Assembly (NCBI RefSeq): GCF_018977255.1
Contig: NW_024705484.1
Span: forward strand, 1-40,647
Reading direction: 5' to 3'
DNA: 40,647 nucleotides
From: Callorhinchus milii
Taxonomy: Eukaryota
The notes beneath the pieces were generated by a model. It made no database searches. It worked only from the letters and a program-made list of their open reading frames with translations, and was not told the origin of the DNA. Positions 1 to 13,300 of this stretch are shown piece after piece; position 1 is the stretch's first letter; each line of letters starts with the position of its first letter. The position numbers and the translations under genes were made by a program.

Positions 1-1380
1 CCCGCTGTTGATTGGCCAAAACAACATTTACAATCGGGGATGTTTACACGAAAGAAAGTGTTTCTATATTTAAAAGTGTAAATGCAATAGCATGTTTAAA
101 TCATACTTTAAAGTTTGATTACAATTGAATCAAATCATTTGTCTTGCGATGACCCACAGAGAGAGAAACCATTATCAATCACAGGGGTGATTCTATTCCA
201 TTATTTCACAATTTTACGACTAAAACTTTACCATATTCCGTCTATTCAAATTGTAATAAGTTAATCATTGTACAATAATAGTTACAGTGATTTTATAATG
301 CTGTATCTTGCTTTGTATGTTTATGTTTTAAAGTAAAAGTTAATGCAAAATTATTGCTACCCCCCCCCCCACTTCCCGCTGAGTGAGTGGTACATTCCGA
401 ACAGCCCAACAGCTCCGGTGAGCAATGTGGATCAAAGCAGATACCGGTAACGCGATTTGTTATCACAGATGTTAATTTGGCATCTTTGGACTGACGTACA
501 TCAGAATCGGAATATTTATACTGCAGGAGGAATCCGATGACCTGTAAAGCTCTTTGTAACAGATGTCCAGTAGGAGCACGGGGTAAGAACGTTACAACAA
601 CAAACAGAACACAAACATGATAGTAGCGCAAGTACAAGGAAAGTTAACACATGACCATAACACACCTAACAGTATTCTTAGGTTTTTTCGGTAAAGTCAC
701 GTAGGTAAAAATTCTAAATAAAATTAATAAAAGTAAAATAAAAATAAAATCACGACGTTTCGGAGGCAACACAAGCTTCCGTCTTGCCTCCGAAACGTCG
801 TGATTTTTATTTTATTTTACTTTTATTACTTATAATTTTTTTACCTACGTGACTTTACCGAACAAAAACCTAAGAATATGAATCCTTGCAGTCACGAAAG
901 CTTCAAATCTAGAAGTTTTATTCCATCTAACCAAACAACCTGCATTATGGACATCTACAGTATATATAAATATAAAAGTTAGTAGTTCCCTGCGTCTTGT
1001 TGACATTCGGGTGATTGCCACAAAGTGCTTTGCTTTATCCACCGCTTTCTTTGTTGTCGGAGTGCAGCGACGAATTCGCCTTGGCTCCGTGTCGCCATGG
1101 ACTGCATCTGTAGCGCGTTGTGGCGAACGGCGTGCGAGTGGTGCAGCTCGTTGACGCAACAGCAGCTGCTGCTTATGTTGTTGTTGTAGAACATTAATGG
1201 TTGACGCCTCATCAATGTCTCTTTCAATACACTACGCGCGATTCATCACCAATGTGACTTTTTACTTTGACGACAGACACTTCTCATTGTTCTCGATTTT
1301 AAGCTTTCGTGACTGCAGGAATCCATACTCTTTGGTTGTTTCTGTAAAAAATATCTACGTGACTTTACGGAAAGAACCAA
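1..1380 (+). repeat. Segmental duplication Y, copy 1 (partner 34103-35556)
   Basis: Near-identical direct alignment by eye. The ORF track gives near-identical peptides at 293-637/34511-34738 and 979-1227/35209-35400. Confidence 0.95.
673..914. mobile_element. Palindromic Penelope-like element end (inverted pseudo-LTR pair)
   Basis: Arms of about 95 bp (673-769 and 784-878) are near-perfect inverted repeats. The centre holds two partial hammerheads (ccgaaacgtcgtg) homologous to 37126-37205. Confidence 0.75.
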
Positions 1381-1385
1381 GGAGT
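1290..1385. mobile_element. Short inverted pair of the same PLE tail (duplicate at ~35463-35560)
   Basis: Reverse complement of gaatccttgcagtcacgaaagctt followed by forward ctacgtgactttacggaaagaaccaag. Confidence 0.65.
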
Positions 1386-1539
1386 TCACTTCTCATCATT
1401 TTCTCACAATAACCTCGCCGTTGACTGTTTACAGCTCAGATCTAGCACATGGTGTGGGTATGCAGAGCTGTCAACCCCTTATCAGTGCCCTACTTTATTA
1501 CGGACCAATCCAGACATGACAGCCAACATTACTTAGTAC

Positions 1540-2002
1540 GAGGTTACAAACCTCACGAGACATTCCGTGGAAATGTGCTCAGGTGGGCAAGGTCACAGAC
1601 ACGAGCTTCGTATCGCACGCAGCTGTCTAGACGCAACGTGAGACACGTTACACGGTCGGCTTTGACCACTTCCAGACGGGAGCCAGGTCCACTCGCTACG
1701 CTCTCAGTGGGAGCTGCGCTCGCCACGACTTCTCACCGATAGCCGCTCGCTGTGGCTGAGAGACGCTGTCCCTGGAGCGCACACGGCAGCGACGAACCAA
1801 GACACGAATCGACTCTCACCTGCCTAGACAGGAGCGTTGCATTCACACCTCGGTGTTGGGGTTTACGAGTCGCGATTTATACAAAACCCAGAGTGGCCAG
1901 GCAAACGGTGATGATTTGTCCCTTGGACTGATGTCGTCGGCTCTGGTGAGGCTCGTTGGATTTCTGCACCAAACCGTACCTTGTAAAAAATTCTTATTAA
2001 AG
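1540..2002 (-). pseudogene. Degenerate TRIM paralogue 5' end plus promoter
   Basis: gcgctcgccac (1716-1726) matches the TRIM start gcgctcgccat with ATG>GTG. It reads (V)ASAAPTESV versus MASASPSDCV, and later SCVRYEARVCDLAHL resembles B-box1 TCLRCETSFCESHL. 1727-2002 aligns to the TRIM 5'UTR, promoter and upstream region. Confidence 0.6.
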
Positions 2003-2214
2003 GTTTAAAAAAAGGTATGTCGTCTCTATCATTGACATTTATTTGTTCTGGATTTATATTAGCGTAACTGTTTAAATGTCTTTAAAAAATAGTAAACATT
2101 AAATTGTTATTTTTTTGACAAATCATCTCACAACTTCACGTGTAAATGAGTGGGGGATCAGGTGGGAGGGTAGGAGGATGATCGTGTGGGTGGTTGAGCA
2201 CGTGTGTGTGTCGG

Positions 2215-2518
2215 TGGAGATTGGTGTTGTAGTGGTTAGTGCGCTGTGCTATGAACCTGCCGATCCAAGTTCAATTCCCACTCATGGCCACCAAGACCAG
2301 TGACCATTGTCTGAACTGGTCATGAGCCTCCCTTAGGTCGATTCAGCCTCAAATGAGTACCTGGTGTGGAGTATAAATATCACCACTCGGGAGACAAAGG
2401 CGGCCGGGCTTTGTGATGGCCGCCCACCCACTCGTGTGCCATGTCGGCCTTCATAGATGCTCGCTAACAGCACTTGTCCAACAGTCTGTTCAGGCTATTC
2501 GGGGGATCTTTGCCTTTG
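2215..2518 (+). mobile_element. tRNA-derived SINE, Nin-core-like
   Basis: Box A-like tggtgttgtagtggttag, box B-like agttcaattccc, core tcagcctcaaatgagtacctgg..aaaggcggccgg, tail ctttgccttt. Confidence 0.7.
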
Positions 2519-2570
2519 TGCGGGTGGGTGAGTGAGCGGGTATGCAGGTGTAATGGGTTCCGGAGACACT

Positions 2571-3100
2571 TGTAGAGGTAACTTCTTTATTACAATCCAA
2601 CAGTCCAACAGTCCAACTACTCTCCAACAGTCCTGATACTCTGTTACAGCCTCGGTACACAGCCTAGACACACAGCCTAGATACACTACTCTGCCTACGC
2701 TCTGGAACTCGCCCTCACAAGGTCGTAGAGTCGGAAGTTCCAGAGTCTCACCACTGGCTCTCGCAGCGTCCCAGGGTCCTGAGATGGCTGGTCTTGGGTC
2801 TTGGGTCTTGAGCTACGACTGGCCCTGATCGTCCGGGGAGCTTCCCTGTTATGCCTAGTCCCCAACGAGGGGTGGGGCTGTGTGCGCCCCCAGATATCCC
2901 ACAGAGCACACACAGCCCCCCCTTTGGCGGCGCCAAGCGGCTTAAGCGCCTGGGCCACCCGGGAACCCAACGCCTGGCGCCAAAAGGCTTAAGCGTCTGC
3001 ACCGCCTGGGAACCCAGCGCCTGGTGCCAAGAGGCTTAAGCGCCTGGCCCGCCCAGGGTCCCAGAGCCCCCAGCAGCCCCTCCCTTCTTATGTCACTACA
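2571..3100 (-). mobile_element. 3' LTR of an LTR retrotransposon
   Basis: TGTAG..CTACA termini. Minus-strand polypurine tract agaggagggtaa directly precedes it (3101-3112), and AATAAA lies near the distal end (2586-2591). Internal ~45-bp tandem repeats at 2925-3065. Confidence 0.7.
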
Positions 3101-4310
3101 TTACCCTCCTCTATGTAGCCTCCAGCCGTCCCGGCTGTCAATAATTAGAAAGTTAAAATTAACGAAAGGGAGAGAGAGAAAAAAATACGCGAGCCTCAAC
3201 AGGAAAAGAAAAGAGAACAAGAAAGCAACCATAAATACCATAACCAACCTGTACAACTTTACACTATATACAAGCATCAATCAACAAAAAGGTGAACAAA
3301 CGACCTGCAGCACACCTAGCCCTCCTCGGGATCCGCATAGAAAACGGGGAATTAACAACAACAAATATACAGATTCCGACGCGTTGGATGCACAACCACC
3401 GCATGGATGGCAGGGTTCCACACCACCCTGCCAGCCTCCCATCCGTCAGGTGGAGAGAAGGCGAAGACCAACATGTCGAGCATCCCTCTACACACACTAA
3501 TCCGGACGTCTGTCTATGTCCCGGGTCGAGAAGCTGTACTTCAGGGCCGACCCATGTACTGGGCAAAGAAGTCGCACTTCAGGGCTGCTCCAGTATCTAC
3601 ATTTTAAAATATATATATATATAAAATTGACATGACACAAACAAAATAAATCTGCCTGCTCCTGTCCATAAATGGTGGCCGCACGCACGAACCGCATCTC
3701 TAAGGCATTCCGTGCTTGCGTCCCAGCAGCCCTCAATGAGGACCACCACCGACATTACATGTCAACCGTTAGCACCCCCCGCCTTTCCAACGTGGCGTCT
3801 CCATCCTAAAACCGCGCACGTCGGCCATATCGGGGGGAATTTCCGTGTTACCACCCCACCGCCTTTCCGACGCGGCGTCACAACCAGTAGCACGCGTCGG
3901 CCATATCGGGGGAACTTCAACCCAGTCTCTCTCCAAGACTCGCATCGCAGCATATAGCTGTACCGACCGAGCTGAGACGACCCATCGTTCACTCACTGCA
4001 CAACATGCACCCTAACAACTGAGGGATACAGTCCCAACATAACAGGACAACTCCACCTGAAGCTTACGAATCACCAGCCCACTGTTTCAACGCGCCTCGG
4101 AGGGTCTCAACCTCCGAGCCGTCAGGTCAAGCTGTCAGCCATAGCATGACGGGACCACACTCTCTGAGCCATGTGAGCGCACAGCCCACCAGGCTAGACA
4201 AGCCACAGAGTGTCTCGATCTCCGGGCTGTCAGGTCAAGCCGTCAGACACAGCACGACGGGACCACACTCTCTGAGCCATGTGAGCGCACAGCCCACTAG
4301 GCTAGACAAG
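3101..4310 (-). mobile_element. Probable internal 3' region of the same LTR element, with tandem repeats
   Basis: Adjoins the PPT. Contains an ~80-bp duplication (3779-3917) and a 108-bp tandem unit (4119-4310) running into the assembly gap. No pol motifs recognised. Confidence 0.45.
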
Positions 4311-4340
4311 NNNNNNNNNNNNNNNNNNNNNNNNNNNNNN
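4311..4340. other. Assembly gap (30 N)
   Basis: Run of n. Confidence 1.
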
Positions 4341-7300
4341 AATGCGGGAGAGGGAGTCGCACAGGATGGTCGGCCAACAGCCAGACCAGCCAAGGCAATA
4401 CTAATTCTCAGTTTGTGCCCCGATCTTCACATGGAATAGGGAGGAGCAATGCTCTACCTTGACACGAAGCGGTTAAATCTGCGGCCCCGAATTGTCTGGA
4501 CATGCTAGCAGCCGCGGACTGAAACTCTTCCAAAAGAATTCCCTCTAATTTCAGTGAGGTCGCTGGCGGCACTAGAGTGGTTAATGCGACAACCCATAGA
4601 ATGGAGGGAGTTCGTGAATAGTATAGCATGCTCTGGACTCCTTGTTAATGCGACTCACGGACTTCAAGGAATCCGCGAAAGGGAACAATAACCGTAACCA
4701 CAAGTTTCGCCGGCGCGCTCGTTTATTGTGGGATTAGATAGCGCCTCCCTCCGCCGGTTCTTCGAGGTCACGGAAGTTACACACATTGGTGCTTTACCCT
4801 ATTCATAGCGACCCTGCATATACGATTTGCGGGTAAGTGACGCAGGGACCTGGCGCGCAGTCTATTCCGACCCACGAGGCATATGCAAATTATAGCGGGC
4901 GTACAAGCACGGACAAGTGCATGACTTTTCCGAATAGGTTAAACCGACAAGCCCTCGAGAACCAATGTAGTTCATTAGTTTGCGCGATGCAGGCCCCAAA
5001 GGTTGGCTGTACTCTCGGATGCCCAAGGGCTGAGGACTCGTGCCTGACTGTCTGGCTAACATTCGTGGTAATCAGGGGTCCACATTTGCCAGCAACCAAG
5101 TATCATCGCCTGTGAGTCAGCATGAGCTCCTGAAATGTCAGCGCGGGGGCACAAATGATGTTCTTTAAGTTGACAGGGGTTGTATAACCCGCTATTCAAC
5201 TAGTGCAGGGTTAGTCGAATTCGTAACTTTTGAGTGACAGATCAAGTTGGCATTAGTTGTGAAAAGTCGTCTTGTAGCAGTGGAGATCATCACCCATGTG
5301 ATATGGCGGGTATGTAGCAATATAAGTGTTTTCATACATACCACCCAATGATAAGGATGAGACGTCATTCCCACTCCCACCCATGCAAAGTGTATTGGGT
5401 AGGTATGTTCGAAGGCAAACTACCGTCCCTCTCCGGAATCCCAATGGAATTACCGACCCGAGTTTAGCGAGACCTGACAAGCGTTAATAATAAGAGGCGC
5501 GCAGAAGAAGTGCCGAAGGTTTGAGTTGGCTGGTAGATTCGGTGATGCACATTCATGGGGGGCTGAGTATGTGGGCTTTGAGTTCCGCAGTTTTTCGGCC
5601 GATAAGCGTGGTGTATCAGCTTCACAATGCGGCGGGCCAGTAAGGGTTCGCCCAGACTGTTCCCTGAAATACAGCGAGTCTGGTAGACTACAAGCACATG
5701 CACTTTGAATATAATGGTGTTCAAGTCTTTACTGGGGTTAGTACAGTCTTCTACCGTATCGATGTCCTTTCGCGCAAAACCGGTGAGACCAATCGCGTTA
5801 CTAGAAAGCGAGGCTACCGATTTGGCTGAACTAGCAAGGTGTGAAGTGGGTCACCGTACCGATACTCACCTGCTCACTAGTTACGGGGTATGGTTTGCCG
5901 GACTTTGATTCCAGATAATACGCATCCGCATTCGCCCAGGCAAAAATAACGGATATCGGAATATGCTCACGGCCTCCTCTATTCTCATGTAGTGGACATA
6001 GGATATTCTGGGAAACGATCTACGATAGCGCCGCGCTGACTGCGTATCACTCGGCGCTTAAAGAGAAGACCAATCCCCTAGGTGAAGCCGCAATGCATAC
6101 AGATCGCATGTGTTAAATCTTGTCTATTATTTATAAATGCTCCGTGATCGTTAACCGAAATGGTTTCACCTATTCGCGAGGAAAATAAAGAAAGTGAAGA
6201 ATCCGTCATATCAAGGAGCATTAGCTAAAAGGAGTTCGCTATAGTACAATAGTTTTTGACTACGCGCAAGGGGGACAGGGTAAACCAGGGCCTACATTGG
6301 TAGCATTCGGTGACCGTAAGGAGAATAAGCCGGGATAGCAGCTTGGTTGGGTCACCAGAAAAATAGCCGCTATGACGGACCGAGTTCGGCAAAGAAAAGT
6401 GATAACAGGGAGTCAACCAGCCCCGAGGGGGTAGAAAGGTTTGCAGCGGTGAGGACCCACGTTCTGGCAGGTGCAGCCAAACAATTTAATGTGTCGCAGG
6501 TAGTGTTCGTGAAGTCGCGACCATAGTGCGTTTGCAATCATATCTCACCAACCAGAGACTAAGCAAGCGGACGGATATAAACAGGGGATACGTACGTATG
6601 GTGACTGCGAGCGTACGGGCTAGTATGACGAGAGTCCGATAGGACAGAATTGTAGGTGACCCCGGTAATGATTGCAACAATCAAGGTGGTTAGTGACCCA
6701 TGTTTTGCCTGACGTTGACTTGAGGCGGTAGCAGCAAAGAAGAAGGCCCTGCTCTAAGCCTCGTACTGTTCGTGTCAATTACTCTAGCACAAGACGTTCC
6801 AACGTTCTTAGAATAGGGACTATATCGGATCCGGTGACGGCCCATTGTGTATGGGTCTATGCCGTCGGAATGCATATCATGTTCGCGTAGCATTCCGCGG
6901 GTAGCCCGAATATCTGGTGTTTCCAGGACTCATCTACACATTCTGACGACTATCTTTAATAGAGAGCACAAATAAACAGTATGCTCCGAAGGGGGCTGCC
7001 GTTCTAACTGGTATATGATCAGTCCCGCAGAAAGAGGACACGCGGGCTCTATCTGACAGTATGTGACCTTGCTAACATGAAGAATATTCAATTAAGCTGC
7101 CATGGAGGCATAGCAAAGCCTTGATGCACGGAAACTAAGGGGGTAGTCGGCAACTTTGTCGATCGAGTGTGCTTCACAATCATATATCCCCCAGTGCGAT
7201 ATCAGATCCACGTTCAACCGTACTGAAGAAATAAACGTGGAGTTCCGGAACTTAAGTACTTGTAGGTTATTTACAGACGGCTAGTCAGGGCCGCAACATC

Positions 7301-10300
7301 CACTAGTGATTATATCGTTAAGTCAGTCGGGACATTGACGACACCCGTTACAGGAAGATTATCATCCTAATCCCGGCTGGTATCGGGAGCGAGTGAGTTG
7401 GCCTACCGTCAGATGAATGAGTTGCCTTCATCTAGTGGGTTTGACGAGGAGGCTGCAGGTGCCCAGCACTATCCGTTTTTAATTAGCAAAAGTTATAATG
7501 CCTTAAAATGACCTATGAAAACATACAAATTGATATCAGCTTTAGTCGTGAACGCACCCTATGGTTATGGTTCGGTCGCTCAAATATGTGTGCTCGGAAT
7601 TGTTGAGCCAGATTACTTTAGAGTTATTGTGCTAATGGGCGCCCAGGGGAGTTGTGATCCTATCTCGTGGGGACGTAACGTGTGCCACTCTATTCTTCGG
7701 CGTTACCGACAGGGATCGTCAAACCATTATCAAAAGAACGGCAATCGGTATAACGCCGAAAAGACACTACTATCCTCGTAATCGTTGTGAGGCAGCTTGG
7801 CACGCACGAGGATCTTCTCCCCGTGGATGGATGGGACAATTATCGGGCATACCGATGTTCCGTTGCTCAAAGTTCAGATTAGAGCTAGGAATGTGAGGCA
7901 TGGGTATAATACCCGGCTGCTCGTTGAATGTCTTACGTTCTAGGTCTCTAGGCGAACGTTTTTTCGCGCCGCCCATTAGTCGGAGGATCGGTCGTACGAA
8001 TTGCCTCTAAACTGCCAGATTGGGATAGGTAAGTGCAGTCCAACTGATTTTTCCTCGAAAAACCGAAACACTTTCATACCGAGACTCAGAGCCCCTTCTG
8101 AGTGCGTCTGCCCGGTTCCCGGAACGACCGGTTTTTTGGGGCTACTTTTTGCCCATGTTGCGTGCATATATCCTGCATTGACAGCGGGAGTGTTCGCAAG
8201 GCGACATGGTGTGTTCCCGTAGAACCGGGACGGTTTCAGCAGCACATACATGGCAACCACATTCACAGATCTGTGCGAGTAGTAAATAAACGTGAACGCA
8301 TATGGCCGCCTGCCTAAAGGCTGTTTGTGCCGCGATGGGTGTTTACCCTGCATGGGGACTCTACGCTCCCCAACTCCGGATCGCATACCGACCCGGCCCA
8401 ATCTCACAAGCAGAATCCAAAGGATGTTCATCTCTCGAATTTTACAACTCACCTGTATTTAGCAAGGTGACGCGAATCATACGCCTACAGTAGAACTAAG
8501 TAAGCAAGACGGACGGGGTTCGAAAGCATCTTGGATCGTTCAACGCTCGCAGATTAGCTTGGCGTCCCTCAGCGAGTTCACGTTAAGATCTATCGCTGTT
8601 CAGTCTACGCATTCTGAGCTCGACAGTCACCACTGTGCTTCTTTGCGGCTTCCACCCGAAAGTGTGACGGGATCCGCTCGCACACATAGGATCCAGTTCT
8701 GAACGCCCTTTGCTGGGAAGGCCTCGCATCACGCTAGCATGGATCGCACTAAAGTAGGGCGCTGTTGGAACACCCTTTAGCCGCATAGTAGATACTCAAT
8801 CCCCCGAAGTAGATCCATAGAGAGTATGCTGGGCCGAGGTTATATCCAATAGAAAAGACGTTCTACAGACCGAACGTATAACTTGAATGCCTGCTCGCTC
8901 AGGCCCATCAAATAGATGCGTTAATTGGGCATTATAGTGATTGACGCGTGAAAACACACGGTTCTAACGCGCTCGACGGGAGATCCTTGTAGGCCTGCCA
9001 GAACCCCGCCATCCTGTTCCTACTGTTCCGCCTTAATGATACTAAAGGCTATGGGACATCTAGCCTGTTGGTAAACTTACCAGCTACAAGAAGGGCTCAA
9101 CATATTCGCTATCTAGTTTGACATCACAAGCAAGATCAATCAATCTGAACCCCCGGGTAATATACCGGGTCAACTGTTAGGTAGAATTGACTAGCCTGCA
9201 TATGAAACCACATTATATACTGTTGTGCCACGGAAGTAGGTGCGTACTTTTCCCTCCCCCTTAAATCGGCCAGCCACAGCATTCTAGCCGTCTCCAATTG
9301 ATACACCTTAGTTGGTGTACCTAATTGTGGATAAGCAAACTTTAAAGATGCCAAATATTTTAATGAAGATTGCTCTTTAAGTTAAGACATATTCTCAATT
9401 GCTCATAGTTGCGAAAAGGCCATTGGGTGTCCAAGGTTACAGCTCCGTGACTATCACTCCCCCGGCCGGGAAGTTACTGTATATGACCTGCCGCAGACGA
9501 CAATTGGAACTACAGGAGTTGCCACTATCTTCATGCGACAGAAGGTGCTGTAATTTCTGGACTGCAATGCCGTCGAGTGTACTTTTATATCTAGCCACGA
9601 TTGCTGGCGCTCCGTAGTTCAGTTCCATCGGGGTCATAGATATGACACGAAATTGTCCCAAGCGATCTCGTCGTACGTTTGCTACAACAGAACCGCAGAT
9701 CCATGCCGCCCTCTGCCAAGCCTTCCGTCATTGTGTTCAGACGAGGATACCCGAGCAATCGTGATGAGAAAGGAGTATGATGTCCGAGACGTTCGACTGG
9801 TTAATCCATATCATGAACGGCTAGTCGGATCCGACGCACGATTAGGCGCAGAGCATTATACTCCCAACTTTAATAGATTGAATAACTCCCCATCCCTCGA
9901 AAAGGTAGCAGGCGATGGATGGTCTAGGTGAAAGGAGCCACTGTCCAGTATGTGTCCATGCTTGGAGCATACGTTGTGTCGCTGGCTCATGGAAAAAGCT
10001 TACGGCTTCCCAAGTAATATGGGGCTAACGAAAACGAATACGTATATCTTACCTGTACGCAGGGCCCTCGCTGGATAGGGATTCAGCGCCTATACTTCAA
10101 TCCATAATCTTACCACGGTCAGGGCAAAAATAAAACTTCGGCTCCGCGACTTTGCGAAGGACTTTGCTTGCCGGGGGATTCGGTGCCAGGTGGGCATGTC
10201 GGGGCTGGATAACCTGTAGCACATTGGAAAACATGAATAGACGTCGGACAATGGCCCAGTTATTGCATTGGGTCAAGGCGGTGTCGGACAAAATGTAGTA

Positions 10301-13300
10301 TATTGAAGCCAGCTCCAATACCAGGGCCGTGCGTATAAGTCAAGGCACGTAGTCCTTACCATAGCAAGCGTTAGGCGAACGGTAGCGTCACCTTTAGATT
10401 ACTGTAATACGGACTTCAAGGAAGAATGCGACTTAGCTACGTCTCATGAAGCGTAAGCAGTACCCGGACCCTATTAGAAGGCGAGGAGACATCGCCAAGC
10501 CGAGTGCTGACTGACATGCCTCGGCGACTCCTGCTAATGGGGCGATCAATTCATCGACACCGCGATATTACCTCGCATGAAGACGTGAGGACCCTTCAAG
10601 CCACCTAATTGATGTCTACTTTGGGACCCGTCACGGACGACGCGAGCGTAGTAAACGTTCTCTATCTGAGGGTCATTCAGAAGATTGAGTACGTTCTCCT
10701 GCCCAATCACTCCCAGTATTAGCATTCTTGACATTCATAGATGCTCGGCTCGAACGCAACGGGCAGTCAGCTCCGACATCCGGCTGGCGGCATGCGCTCG
10801 CAATTCTCGTGATGAAGTGATAACCGGCGTGTGATGAAGGCAGGATAATACCAGCCAGATGTCAAACTGCTACATGAAGGCCCTCAGGGCGAAGGTCAAT
10901 TAGATGTTTGTCTAGGCGTGGGGATATTAAGTCTAAGGAGATCATAAAGCGACGTGATTGCATCCCAGTTGATTAGTCTTCAATTCGGACGAAAGCGCAG
11001 TTGATTAATGCGTGCCTGATATGGGGCTAATAGTAACATCACCACCGAGCCCACATAGTAGGACGAGAAACTCAGTCACTGACCTTCTGGAAACGCCACT
11101 CCAAGTCAGGTCAGGCCGCCTTGGTACACTATCCGGATCTAACATTCTGTAGGTATGCGTAGGCGTTCACATATAGTGAGGAAGGACATTAAACGTCATG
11201 CGATGGCCGAAAATTACCGTACGTGTGCCACAGCAGGCGCCTAGGTAGAACGGTGCATTTTAAGGCGAACCGAAACTGGAGGTCTACTTATGAAATATGT
11301 TGACCCCATCACGCGGCGGGTAGCATAACTCTTGCGAGTATATTAACAATCCCTATGTCCGCCGCGTCGGGGACCGCGACTTCCAACCTCGGCGGGCGAC
11401 ATCAGGTTCAGTCATTTGTTAGGTTCCGACCAAAAGTTGTTAATTAACTATAGGGAAAAGGCCACGCACTTTTTCTATTAGTCGACGTGTTACGGATTTG
11501 CTACAGCCCGTATACCGTTTATCCCTTGCTATGGGCTGAATTTTAAACACACGTTACTCCGTCGATGTCGCCGCCTTTTGTATAAGAGGCCTTCCGCGCT
11601 AGATTGCCAGCCTCCTTCGATAGTGACATCGGAAGGGGGGGCTCAGAGCAGACGCCTGGTCCCGGGCACATTAGCTTATTTCATCAAGGATTCTCTTGTG
11701 GCATTTTTCTCAACCCGGCGGGACCTAGTCAAATGCTCGATTTTGTGAAATACGTACAGAAGGGGCTCTACGGACATCCAGGCTAGCGTATCAGAAACTA
11801 GAGCGTCACACAATACTCGTTCGCGCAATGTTGGAAACCGTCTAACTAAGTACTCGACTGCCAAGAATCAATATGACCCACATGAATCAATCGCAACCGG
11901 CACACAATCAAGCAGCCCAGCCCACAAACATAGTCACGTGCGTGGAGTATGAGGGCTCTGATTGGAACTGGAAAGCGCGGGAGAATGCTTATGACCAGTA
12001 TAGAATCGGAGCGTGCGTGGGGAAATGTGCGGTCGTACGTTTAGTTAACGCAAGTCCACACTTCAGCAGCGTTATCGATGAGATCATTTTGGCACCTCAT
12101 TCCGACAAGGGCAGTCCCGGACATGGGACTGGCTCGCGATTGATAGAAGCAAGGAAGATGGACAAAAGTTAGGTTAAATTGCAGGGCTGAGAGTATTGAC
12201 GCGGTAATCCCTCTTTTACTCTTAACAGTCCGTTGGTATTATCCGCTTATTCTCACTACTCCATGGGGATGGGGCTCTATGTTACGACAGTTGTCTAACG
12301 CTTCCCCCGGTTATCGGTTGATGTGCTTATATGGTTCGTGCCGCTATCCAGTCGGGTACGGTATGAGAACCCTCCTGGCCGGGTCCAGGCCCATGTTAGC
12401 ACTGGGGTCTAAAAGGAATCATGTATTGTACCTGTTAAGAGGCCGGTGGCGCTCGTCATCTGTCAGGCTTTCTTTGAGGGGAGACTGAGAGCGAACATAG
12501 GCTGTGGCGGACCTCAGGGCGCTATTATTGAAATAGATGAAAACAAGCATGAGATAGACCAAAGGGATCCACCTTAACTAAATGTTGCTGAAGACGCCCG
12601 GCGATGGCCACGGAGCGTGCGAGACACCAACATTTCGAATATTCGATATATCGCACTCCAGGATTGTCGTTCGGTTTCTGACTCCTCGAGCGGTGGGTTA
12701 TCAAGCCCTGGGTCCGTCAAAAGTGCCATGGCTAAGTGTCGAGTGTAACACAGAGTAGCGCCCGATCGTCGGTTATGTCGGTGTTATATTTGAATTGACA
12801 TCCGCGCTAGCTTATGCCGAAATGTCAGCGTGGCCGCGTAATCGTTATGTTCGGCAATATGTATCCGTTGGCACCGAAGCTCGGATATCTAAGGAAGGGC
12901 CCGACCATCTTTAACTATCTCTTCTCCGTTGGGGTTGATATCGCCTTGAATAGGGAGAAGCTTCCAGCACTAACAATCGCCCTGATAACTGAGCTAGAAC
13001 TAGTTCGGGTCTTTGATCTCCAGCTGCCTTGTCCTCCCCATTACCTTTAAGCTCGGGCACATGCTCACCAGTCGCGATGGCCCTCAGCGTAAAGGCGAGT
13101 GACTCCAGCAAGTCAATCGTCATCATTCTGACGCCCCTACACAACTGGGCAACATAGCATTCAAGACCAGGTTAGATTTGTCGGCAGTTGCAAACCAAAA
13201 GCTGCAGTATCAACCCTCCACACCCAACACACTCCTTCATTACAATCTCAGTTTGTGGCGCAGCCGTGTATACCGTTTTTGTGCGAGAACGAGGATGGAC

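Noticed and set aside
980..1110. Possible degenerate TRIM exon 3 (ATRSQGEFVAALRQQ..KAVDKAK)
   Set aside because: Only a vague helical resemblance, needs a frameshift, and cannot be supported without alignment.
2221..2290. tRNA gene
   Set aside because: Degenerate A and B boxes with no full cloverleaf, followed by a SINE core. The same applies near 28770.
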